A DNA stretch of 30,242 nucleotides, taken from the NCBI RefSeq assembly GCF_006345805.1, contig NW_021832352.1, positions 1-30,242 on the forward strand, in the 5' to 3' direction. The DNA is from Octopus sinensis. Its lineage: Eukaryota. Each line of letters starts with the position of its first letter. Position 1 is the stretch's first letter. This document shows, one piece after another, positions 12,594 to 23,292 of the stretch. The notes below the pieces were generated by a model. The model was not told where the DNA came from, searched no databases, and worked only from the letters and a program-made list of their open reading frames with translations. The translations under genes were made by a program, and so were the position numbers.

Positions 12594-12677
12594 CATATAT
12601 ATATGCATATATACATATATATATACATATATATATACATATATATATATTACATATATATATAAATATATATATAC
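10536..12677. repeat. TA-rich microsatellite (~2.1 kb)
   Basis: Direct reading. Confidence 0.98.
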
Positions 12678-15642
12678 ATCTCTTCTTTCAGCGCCATCTT
12701 CGTTGTTTATTCCATTCTCCTCCTCCAAAATATGCCCCCTCGTATCATATATCATATCTTATTTTTTATTATTTATTTATTTTCATTCTCTCTCTGGCAT
12801 TCATTCATTTGTCTAATTAATTTTCCCCTCAAATATAGTATTCAAACTAGTTGCTTCGATTTTCTCTCTCTCTCTCTCTCTCTCTCCCCTCGTGTTTCCG
12901 ACCCCCTCCACTCACACACACAAATCACTAATTCCCTTATAAAAGCCAGTGGGCGATCGTATCTCCTCCTCATTTACTCGCTACACCTCCTGAGAAAACA
13001 CGGATTTTCAATAATGGCCAGCTAAGTCAACTCTCAACCTGCTCTTTTCATATTTTTAAGCGTTTTGTCTGGATACCTTGATCTGTTCCCCTTTCGTTTC
13101 TCTATTCTCTAAACATGGCGTCTTCATGCATTTTTAAAGTTTATCTTTTCTTTCAACGCCATCTTCGTTGTTTATTCCATTCTCCTCCTCCTCCAAAATA
13201 TGCCCCCTCGTATCATATATCATATCGTATTTTTATTATTTTTTTTTTCATTCTCACTCTGGCTTTCATTCATTTATCTAATTAATTCCCCCTCAAATAT
13301 AGTATTCAAACTAGTTGCTTCGATTTTCTCTCTCTCTCTCTCCCATCGTGTTTCCGACCCCCTCCACACACGCACACAAATCCCTAATTCCCTATAAAAG
13401 CCATTGGGCGATCGTGTCTCCTCCTCATTTACTCGTTACAACTCAAGAGAAAACACGGATTTTCAATAATGGCCAGCTAAGTCAACTCTCAACCTCCTCT
13501 TTTCATATTTTTAAATTAAGCGTTTTGTTTTGATACCTTGATCTGTTCCATTCGTGTTTCTCTATTCTCTAACATGGCGTCTTCATGAGCGTTTTATTAA
13601 AGTTTATCTTTTCTTTCAGCGCCATCTTCGTTGTTTATTCCATTCTCCTCCTCTCCAAAATATGCCCCCTCGTATCATATATCATATCGTATTTTTATTA
13701 TTTATTTATTTTCATTCTCTCTCTGGCTTTCATTCATTTATCTAATTATTTTCCCCTCAAATATAGTATTCAAACTAGTTGCTTCGATTTTCTCTCTCCC
13801 TCTCTCTCTCTCTCCCCTCGTGCTTCCGACCCCCTCCACACACACACACAAATCCCTAATTCCCTTATAAAAGCCAGTGGGAGATCGTATCTCCTCCTCA
13901 TTTACTCGCTACACCTCCTGAGAAAACACGGATTTTCAATAATGGCCAGCTAAGTCAACTCTCAACCTCCTCTTTTCATATTTTTAAGCGTTTTGTTTGG
14001 ATACCTTGATCTGTTCCCCTTTCGTTTCTCTATTCTCTAAACATGGCGTCTTCATGCATTTTTAAAGTTTATCTTTCCTTTCAGCGCCATCTTCGTTGTT
14101 TATTCCATTCTCCTCCTCCAAAATATGCCCCCTCGTATCATATATCATATCCTATTTTTTATTATTTATTTATTTTCATTCTCTCTCTGGCTTTCATTCA
14201 TTTATCTAATTATTTTTCCCCTCAAATATAGTATTCAAACTAGTTGCTTCGATTTTCTCTCTCTCTCTCTCTCTCTCTCCCCTCGTGCTTCTGAGCCCCT
14301 CCACACACACACACACACAAATCCCTAATTCCCTTATAAAAGCCAGTGGGCGATCGTATCTCCTCCTCATTTACTCGCTACACCTCCTGAGAAAACACGG
14401 ATTTTCAATAATGGCCAGCTAAGTCAACTCTCAACCTCCTCTTTTCATATTTTTAAGCGTTTTGTTTGGATACCTTGATCTGTTCCCCTTTCGTTTCTCT
14501 TTTCTCTAAACCTGGCGTCTTCATGCATTTTTAAAGTTTATCTTTTCTTTCAGCGCCATCTTCGTTGTTTATTCCATTCTCCTCCTCCAAAATATGCCCC
14601 CTCGTATCATATATCATATCGTATTTTTTATTATTTATTTATTTTCATTCTCTCTCTGGCTTTCATTCATTTATCTAATTATTTTTCCCCTCAAATATAG
14701 TATTCAAACTAGTTGCTTCGATTTTCTCTCTCTCTCTCTCTCTCTCTCCCATCGTGTTTCCGACCCCCTCCACACACACACACAAATCCCTAATTCCCTT
14801 ATAAAAGCCATTGGGCGATCGTATCTCCCCCCTCTTACTCGCTACACCTCCAGAGAAAACACGGATTTTCTAAAATGGCCCGCGAAGTCAACTCTCAACC
14901 TCCTCTTTTCATATTTTTAAGCGTTTTGTTTGGATACCTTGATCTGTTCGCCTTTCGTTTCTCTATTTTTTAAACATGGCGTCTTCATGCATTTTTAAAG
15001 TTTATCTTTTCTTTCAATGCCATCTTCGTTGTTTATTCCATTCTCCTCCTCCAAAATATGCCCCCTCGTATCATATATCATATCGTATTTTTTATTATTT
15101 ATTTATTTTCATTCTCTCTCTGGCTTTCATTCATTTATCTAATTATTTTCCCCTCAAATATAGTATTCAAACTAGTTGCTTCGATTTTCTCTCTCTCTCT
15201 CTCCCCCCTCGTGTTTCCGACACCCTCCACACACGCACACAAATCCCTAATTCCCTTATAAAAGCCAGTGGGCGATCGTGTCTCCTCCTCATTTATTCGT
15301 TACAACTCAAGAGAAAACACGGATTTTCAAAAATGGCCAGCTAAGTCAACTCTCAACCTGCTCTTTTCATATTTTTAAGCGTTTTGTTTGGATACCTTGA
15401 TCTGTTCGCCTTTCGTTTCTCTATTCTCTAAACATGGCGTCTTCATGCATTTTTAAAGTTTATCTTTCCTTTCAGCGCCATCTTCGTTGTTTATTCCATT
15501 CTCCTCCTCCAAATTATGCCCCCTCGTATCATATATCATATCGTATTTTTTATTATTTATTTATTTTCATTCTCTCTCTGGCTTTCATTCATTTATCTAA
15601 TTATTTTCCCCTCAAATATAGTATTCAAACTAGTTGCTTCGA

Positions 15643-15673
<31 letters not shown>

Positions 15674-16117
15674 CCCCCTCGTGCTTCCGACCCCCTCCAC
15701 ACACACACACACACAAATCCCTAATTCCCTTATAAAAGCCAGTGGGCGATCGTATCTCCTCCTCATTTACTCGCTACACCTCCTGAGAAAACACGGATTT
15801 TCAATAATGGCCAGCTAAGTCAACTCTCAACCTGCTCTTTTCATATTTTTAAGCGTTTTGTTTGGATACCTTGATCTGTTCCCATTTCGTTTCTCTTTTC
15901 TCTAAACATGGCGTCTTCATGCATTTTTAAAGTTTATCTTTTCTTTCAGCGCCATCTTCGTTGTTTATTCCATTCTCCTCCTCCAAAATATGCCCCCTCG
16001 TATCATATATCATATCGTATTTTTAATTATTTATTTATTTTCATTCTCTCTGTGGCTTTCATTCATTTATCTAATTATTTTTCCCCTCAAATATAGTATT
16101 CAAACTAGTTGCTTCGA

Positions 16118-16148
<31 letters not shown>

Positions 16149-17508
16149 CCATCGTGTTTCCGACCCCCTCCACACACACACACAAATCCCTAATTCCCTT
16201 ATAAAAGCCATTGGGCGATCGTATCTCCACCCCTTTTACTCGCTACACCTCCAGAGAAAACACGGATTTTCTAAAATGGCCAGCGAAGTCAACTCTCAAC
16301 CTGCTCTTTTCATATTTTTAAGCGTTTTGTTTGGATACCTTGATCTGTTCGCCTTTCGTTTCTCTATTTTTTAACAATGGCGTCTTCATGCATTTTTAAA
16401 GTTTATCTTTTCTTTCAATGCCATCTTCGTGTTTTATTCCATTCTCCTCCTCCTCCAAAATATGCCCCCTCGTATCATATATCATATCGTATTTTTATTA
16501 TTTATTTATTTTCATTCTCTCTCTGGCTTTCATTCATTTATCTAATTATTTTCCCCTGAAATATAGTATTCAAACTAGTTGCTTCGATTTTCTCTCTCTC
16601 TCTCCCCTCGTGCTTCCGACCCCCTCCACACACACACACAAATCCCTAATTCCCTTATAAAAGCCAGTGGGCGATCGTATCTCCTCCTCATTTACTCGCT
16701 ACACCTCCTGAGAAAACACGGATTTTCAATAATGGCCAGCTAAGTCAACTCTCAACCTGGTCTTTTCAAATTTTTAAGCGTTTTGTTTGGATACCTTGAT
16801 CTGTTCCCATTTTCGTTTCTCTATTCTCTAAACATGGCGTCTTCATGCAGTTTTAAAGTTTATCTTTTCTTTCAGCGCCATCTTCGTTGTTTATTCCATT
16901 CTCCTCCTCCAAAATATGCCCCCTCGTATCATATATCATATCGTATTTTTTATTATTTATTTATTTTCATTCTCTCTCTGGCTTTCATTCATTTATCTAA
17001 TTATTTTTCCCCTCAAATATAGTATTCAAACCAGTTGCTTCGATTTTCTCTCTCTCTCTCTCTCTCCCTTCGTGTTTCCGACCCCCTCCACACACACACA
17101 CAAATCCCTAATTCCCTTATAAACGCCAGTGGGCGATCGTATCTCCTCCCCTTTTACTCGCTACACCTCCTGAGAAAACACGGATTTTCAAAAATGGCCA
17201 GCTAAGTCAACTCTCAACCTCCTCTTTTCATATTTTTAAGCGTTTTGTTTGGATACCTTGATCTGTTCGCATTTCGTTTCTCTTTTCTCTAAACATGGCG
17301 TCTTCATGCATTTTTAAAGTTTATCTTTTCTTTCAATGCCATCTTTGTTGTTTATTCCATTCTCCTCCTCCAAAATATGCCCCCTCGTATCATATATCAT
17401 ATCGTATTTTCTTATTATTTATTTATTTTCATTCTCTCTCTGGCTTTCATTCATTTATCTAATTATTTTTCCCCTCAAATATAGTATTCAAACTAGTTGC
17501 TTCGATTT
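12678..17508. repeat. Tandem satellite, ~465-bp monomer, ~10.4 copies, each with internal (CT)n and (CA)n tracts
   Basis: The ATGCCCCCTCGTATC landmark occurs 11 times, at about 12732, 13200, 13662, 14125, 14594, 15058, 15516, 15990, 16462, 16916 and 17377. No HHR core seen in the monomer. Confidence 0.97.
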
Positions 17509-17664
17509 CCTCGCCCGCTCTCCCACCCCCTCCACCAATACCGGAAGTTTCTACCTAAATACCGGAAACTACCCTCTCCCCCAGAAGCACCTATATAGGG
17601 TTTATCTGATCTTATAGCGCAAAAAATTGTGAAATGTATGCAGTTTGTAGTCTAGTGTTTCCAT

Positions 17665-20600
17665 ATGAAATCTGCCAAATGCAATCTTTCTTTTCAGGTA
17701 CATGACACGGCTGTCCTTCATCCCAGGGTCTCTGATGCCCACACCCTCAGAGTTGGCACACTCAATGTTGGCTCATTGAAAGGTAGGTCTGGAGAGATTG
17801 TAGAGCTGCTTGAACGGAGACGTGTGGATGTATGCTGTATCCAGGAAGTAAGGTGGAGAGGAGGTTCCGCTAGGCTCCTCACAGGCAAGGAACACAGGTA
17901 CAAGATTTTCTGGGCAGGGAACACTGACGGGGTCGGGGGCGTGGGTCTACTTCTTGCGGAGAAATGGGTAGGTAAGGTAATCGAGGTAGTCAGAGTAAGT
18001 GACAGAGTAATTAAAATTAGATTAGTCCTTCACCTTAGGACAGCTACCATCATCTCGGTATATGCCCCTCAACCAGGGTTACCGGAAGGACAAAAGACCA
18101 ATTCTATGACACCCTATTGCGGACTACCTCGTTGACAAATGACAGTGACCTTCTCTTCGTGGCAGGTGATTTCAATGGACATGTTGGACGACATGTCGGG
18201 GGCTTCCATGGCGTTCATGGAGGCTACGGTTTTGGCTCTCGTAATGAGGAGGGAACCAGGTTGCTGGAGTTCTGCGATGCAAATGACCTTATGGTCTGCA
18301 ATACCAACTTCAGGAAGCCCACCTCTCACCTAGTCACCTACCGTTCTGGCAGACACACCAGCCAGATTGACTACATCCTTGCCAGAAAAAGGGAAAGAGG
18401 GCTGATTATAAATGCCAAAACCTTTCCAGGCGAAGAATGTACTCCCCAACATAGATTAGTAGTTAGCGACTTCAGGATCAGAGCTAAATGGTTGCCCAGA
18501 AGAAGACCAGCTTGGAGGAGAAGGGTCTGGAAGCTTAAAGATCCTGCAAATGAACAGAGATTTAGAGACATACTACTCGAAGCCTTTGACGAAATAGAAG
18601 GGGATATAGCTTCACTTAATGTGGAAGATAACTGGAGATTCCTACGGGACAATCTGCTGACAGCCACTGACCAGATCTGTGGATGGAGCAAAGTCCCCTC
18701 AGGACCCAGAGTAACATGGTGGTGGAACACTGTGGTTGACACGGCTATTAGACAAAAGAGACAGGCTTGGAAGGACTGGAAGAACGGTGGTAGCAAGGAA
18801 TTGTATCAGACAACCAGAAGGGAAGCTAGGAGATAGGTTTATTTAGCCAGAGGGGAAGCGGATAAGAAAAAATTTGCCAATGTTCTGAGCCGTGAGGATG
18901 AAAGACTTGAGGTATTTCGTGTTGCAAGACAGTGTGTGAGAGAGAATCGTGATGTGGTAGGAGAGAAGTGTGTTCGCATGGATGATGGTTCACTTGCGCT
19001 AAATGAGGATGCAAAGAGAGAGGTTTGGAGATGCCACTATGAAAGGTTGCTGAATAAAGGAAATGAATGGGATAAAGAGAGTCTGCCGAATGTCAACCCA
19101 ACAGAGGGACCAGCTATCCGAGTTGATAGTTACGTGGTAGCTAAGGCAATTAGAAGCATGAAGACAGGGAAAGCCCCAGGCCCATCAGGAATTACTGCAG
19201 AGATGCTCAAAATATCTGGCAGTGTCGGCTATAACCTAGTCACCCGTATAGTCAACCAGGTGATAGACGAAGGAGTCATACCCAATGACTGGTGTAGCAG
19301 CATACTAGTCAACTGCTACAAAGGTAAAGGTGATGCCCTAGATACAAATAATTACAGAGGTATCAAGCTGTTGGATCAGGTAATGAAGGTTACGGAGAGG
19401 GTCATAGCCCAACTAATTAGAGAGAGAGTTAGTTTAGATGAGATGCAGTTTGGTTCGTGCCAGGAAAAGCACCACTGATGCTATATTCCTGGTAAGGCAG
19501 CTGCAGGAGTAATACCTAGCCAAAGATAAGCCCCTGTACCTGGCTTTCGTTGACATGGAGAAAGCCTTTGATAGGGTCCCCCGATCCCTCATCTGGTGGT
19601 CAATGAGGAAACTGGGGATAGATGAATGGCTGGTGAGGGCTGTGCAAGCCATGTACAGAGATGCCGTAAGCAAGGTTAGGGTTGGCAACATGTACACAGA
19701 AGAATTCAAAGTAGAGGTTGGGGTCCACCAGGGTTCAGTACTCAGCCCCCTCCTTTTTATCATAGTCCTCCAGGCAATTGTGGAGGAATTCAAGACAGGT
19801 TGCCCCTGGGAGCTCCTCTATGCTGACGACCTCGCTCTAATTGCTGAGTCACTATCAGAACTGTAGGAGAAGTTCCAGGTGTGGAAGGAGGGTTTAGAAT
19901 CGAGGGGCCTTAGAGTCAACCTAGCTAAAACCAAAGTACTAATAAGTAGAAAGGTAGACAATCCACAAATATCCTCAGGAAGATGGCCCTGCTCGATCTG
20001 TAGAAAAGGTGTAGGTAGAAACTCTATAAGATGTACCCAGTGTAAGCTATGGACACATAAGAGGTGCAGCAATGTCAAAGGTAGGCTAACTGGGAAGCTA
20101 GTTTTTGTATGTGGCAGATGCTCGGGAGAATTGACCTCCGAAAATCTGCAGAAAACAACTTCCGTCACTTTCCGGGGGGGGGGGAAACTAGAAGTAGTTG
20201 ATAGCTTCCGTTATCTAGGTGACCAAGTCAGTAGTGGGGGTGGGTGCACTGAAAGTGTAACTGCTAGAATAAGAATAGCCTGGGCAAAGTTTAGGGAGCT
20301 CTTACTTCTGCTGATGACTAAAGGCCTCTCGCTCAGAGTAAAAGGCAGACTGTATGATGCATGTGTACGAACAGCCATGCTACATGGCAGTGAAACATGG
20401 GCCGTGACTGCTGAGGACATGCGTAAGCTCGTGAGGAATGAAGCCAGTATGCTCCGATGGATGTGTAATGTCAGTGTACATACTCGACAGAGCGTTAGTA
20501 CCTTGAGAGAAATGTTGTACCTAAGAAGCATCAGTTGTGGTGTGCAAGAGAGACGATTGCGCTGGTATGGTCATGTGGCGAGAATGGATGAAGATAGGTG

Positions 20601-20775
20601 TGTGAGAAAGTGCCAATCCCTGGCAGTTGAGGGAACCCGTGGAAGAGGTAGACCCAGGAAAACCTGGGACGAGGTGGTGAAGCACGACCTTCGGACGTTA
20701 GGTCTCACCATGGAAATGACTAGAGACCGAGACCTATAGAAGTATGCTGTGCGTGAGAAGACCCGGCAAGACTAG
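17665..20775 (+). pseudogene. RTE APE endonuclease - reverse transcriptase polyprotein, disrupted
   Basis: APE motifs GTLNVGSL, CCIQEVRW, AGDFNGHVG, SQIDYIL and QHRLVV. RT motifs NYRGIKLL, DMEKAFDRV, GVHQGSVLSPLLF and LLYADDL. Frameshifts near 18100 and 19455; premature stops at 18834, 19510, 19864 and 20737. Confidence 0.93.
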
Positions 20776-20949
20776 TGAAGCCATAACCCGTGGCCCCTAC
20801 CTGGGACGTAGTCAGTCCACCTGTGCATACCTTCCTTCTTGTGACACTTGTGAAGACCTGTTGAGGCAAGTGAAAATCAAATCAAATCAAATCAAACCAA
20901 ATCAAAATAGATGAACATCAATGGAATTTGCATCCTTGTGGTACCAGTG

Positions 20950-21160
20950 CCGGTGGCACATAAGAAAACCATCCGAACGTGACCGTAGCCAGTACCGCAT
21001 CGACTGGCCTCCGTGCTGAGGGCATGTAACAAACACCATCCGAGCGTGGCCGTTCGCCAGCCTCGTCTGGCACCTGTGTCGGTGGCACATAAGAAAACAC
21101 CATCCGAGCGTGGCCGTCTGCCAGCCTCGTCTGGCACCTGTGTCGGTGGCACATAAAATC
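20950..21160 (+). repeat. Three ~64-67 bp tandem repeats in the RTE 3' UTR, preceded by (AATCA)n at ~20875-20905
   Basis: ACCATCCGA starts at 20968, 21035 and 21099. The last two copies are nearly identical. Confidence 0.85.
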
Positions 21161-21330
21161 ACCCACTACACTCTCGGAGTGGTTGGCGTTAGGAAGGGCA
21201 TCCAGCTGTAGAAACACTGCCAGATCTGACTGGCCTGGTGCAGCCTTCGGGCTTGCCAGACCCCAGTTGAACCGTCCAACCCATGCTAGCATGGAAAGCG
21301 GACGTTAAACGATGATGACGATGATGATGA

Positions 21331-21345
21331 TATATATACATATAC

Positions 21346-21376
<31 letters not shown>

Positions 21377-21766
21377 TATACACATATATATATATACATA
21401 TACACACATACACATATATATATATACATATACACACATATATATATACATATACATACATACATATATATACATATGTATACATATATATATACATATA
21501 CATATATATACATATATATATACATATACATATACATATATATACATATATATATACATATACATATATATACATATACATATACATATATATACATATA
21601 CATATATATATACATATATATACATATACATATATATACATATACATACATATATATACATATACACACACACACACATATATATATATACATATACATA
21701 TATATACATATACATATATATACATATACATATATACACATACACATATACATACATATACATATA

Positions 21767-21840
<74 letters not shown>

Positions 21841-21922
21841 CATATATATACATGTATATATATACATATATATATACATGTATATATATACATATATATA
21901 TATACATACATATATATACATG
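21331..21922. repeat. (TATACA)n-rich microsatellite
   Basis: Direct reading. Confidence 0.97.
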
Positions 21923-22038
21923 TAAAATGAAATAATAAGGATAGAAATCGATGTTAATCAATTCAAACCAGTGACTTAGCATGTTTAAAAATCCGAAGAT
22001 TAAAATATATAATAATGATATATATATTTATATATATG

Positions 22039-22213
22039 TCATCCTCATCATCATCATCGTTTAACGTCCATTTTCCATGCTATCATGGGTTGGACGGTTC
22101 GAGCGGGGCCTGGGAAGCCAGGAGGCTGCACCAGGCTCCAGTCTGATCTGGCAGTGTTTCTACAACTGGATTCCGTTCCTAATGCCAACCACTCCGTGAG
22201 TGTAGTGGGTGCT
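22039..22213 (-). mobile_element. RTE 3'-end fragment, inverted relative to 21157-21330
   Basis: Reverse complement of the RTE terminus including the (GAT)n tail; roughly 85% identical by eye. Confidence 0.9.
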
Positions 22214-22289
22214 TTCTATTTCTATTGTATGTCCATACAATAGTAATACAAAATGGCTGACGGTTAGTAAGGAGAGACACAAATAATTA

Positions 22290-22467
22290 AGAAGAAAACA
22301 AAGGACCACTGATGCGGTCACAGGAGTGTGACGAAAGAACTCTGGCCGAAATAAGATTAAGATTAATGTAAAAAATAAATAACACTGAAGCAAAATAACA
22401 CCAAATATATAGTTCGTGTGTTTTCATTGGCTAAACTGGCAATATGACCATTCTGAAATATAACAAT
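22290..22467 (+). mobile_element. Second copy of the family at 3951-4130
   Basis: GAAGAAAACAAAGGACCACTGATGCGG...GACCATTCTGAAATATAACAAT, with the same 3' terminus as both arms of the 3951-4184 insert. Confidence 0.85.
22303..22347 (+). ncRNA. Hammerhead-like motif with variant core (CUGAUGCG), CUC site
   Basis: GGACCA-CTGATGCG-GTCAC-AGGAGT-GTGAC-GAAAG-AA-CTC-TGGCC. Confidence 0.45.
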
Positions 22468-22930
22468 GGAGGAATGATCACTAAAGTGGACACTCTATAT
22501 GCTAAACATAGATGTCAAATCGCCATTCCTACGAAGAATGTTTTCTCAAGAAAAAATGTTAGCAAAGTGCTAAAATGTAAAAAATTGAAGGCATTTAAGA
22601 GAATACACCCATATATAAATGTAGAACATTATGCATGCTCGGTTTCGGTTCAGCGTTCTGTATCTAGTTCTGGAAATTGTGTTTTGTAAGCGACAGACTA
22701 CGCTGATGATCTTGCAGATGTCTGTGTGTTTTATATACGTAGATATTAACAAGTGAAACCAACGGTATGTAGGTAATCGTTTTTATTTCCTATGTTTTCA
22801 TTTGTTGTGCTCATTCTTTACATTTTGGCGTTTTGCTGAGAATTTTTCTTGAGAACACATTCTTCGTGGTAATGGTGATTTAACATTTATGTTTAGCATA
22901 TAGGGTGTCCATATTAGTGGTCATTCCTCT
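22468..22930. mobile_element. Foldback element with ~114-bp imperfect inverted arms (22468-22581 and 22817-22930) enclosing a hammerhead
   Basis: GGAGGAATGATCACTAAAGTGGACAC... matches the reverse complement of ...GTGTCCATATTAGTGGTCATTCCTCT at roughly 80% by eye. Confidence 0.8.
22698..22772 (+). ncRNA. Type I hammerhead ribozyme motif (GUA site)
   Basis: Helix I CTACG/TGTAG (one G-U). CTGATGA at 22703-22709. Helix II TCTTG/CAAGT with a U-U first pair. GAAAC-C-AAC-G-GTA. Confidence 0.75.
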
Positions 22931-22963
22931 AAATTTTGTATGTATATATAAATGTATGTATGC

Positions 22964-22995
<32 letters not shown>

Positions 22996-23017
22996 ATATA
23001 TATATATATATAAAAAT

Positions 23018-23225
23018 AAACAATTACAGCATGGAGGTGTTTATAAGCCATTTAAGAAACACACAATATCCGTTAGGTGCAGCACGAATTTTGTCAGTGA
23101 ACTGGTCGCAGTCTCAAAGCGACAAAAATATTTTGACAAATTAAATTTGAATGTTGAAGTGAACCTAAAGGAAATTCTGTGTTTTTTTAAATGGCTTATA
23201 AACACCTTCCACGCTGCAATTGTTT
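23018..23225. mobile_element. MITE-like foldback element, ~208 bp, ~46-bp terminal inverted repeats
   Basis: AAACAATTACAGCATGGAGGTGTTTATAAGCCATTTAAGAAACACA versus TGTGTTTTTTTAAATGGCTTATAAACACCTTCCACGCTGCAATTGTTT. No TSD identified. Confidence 0.7.
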
Positions 23226-23292
23226 TCGTTCCAGCACACGATCTCAGATCAGGTCATTTGCTATGCAAGTACATCTCCGTAATATATAATTA

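Larger units (their letters stand above)
17650..21330 (+). mobile_element. RTE-clade LINE, near full length, decayed; exact 5' end uncertain (17540-17700)
   Basis: Single APE-RT ORF, ~560-nt 3' UTR, and a 3' end GGACGTTAAAC(GAT)n. No TSD recognised. Confidence 0.93.

Noticed and set aside
12678-17508. CRISPR-like or ribozyme-array reading of the satellite
   Set aside because: It has no unique spacers, the context is eukaryotic, and no CUGANGA/GAAAC core was found on either strand.
12732-17617. Repeated MPPRIIYH and MASSCIFK ORFs
   Set aside because: Lengths and frames vary between monomers with microsatellite slippage, and there are no domain motifs.
21030-21160. HDV-like ribozyme in the RTE UTR repeats (GCCAG-CCTCGT-CTGGC hairpin)
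   Set aside because: The loop resembles L3 but is 6 nt, and I could not find P1, P1.1 or P2 partners or the J4/2 catalytic segment.
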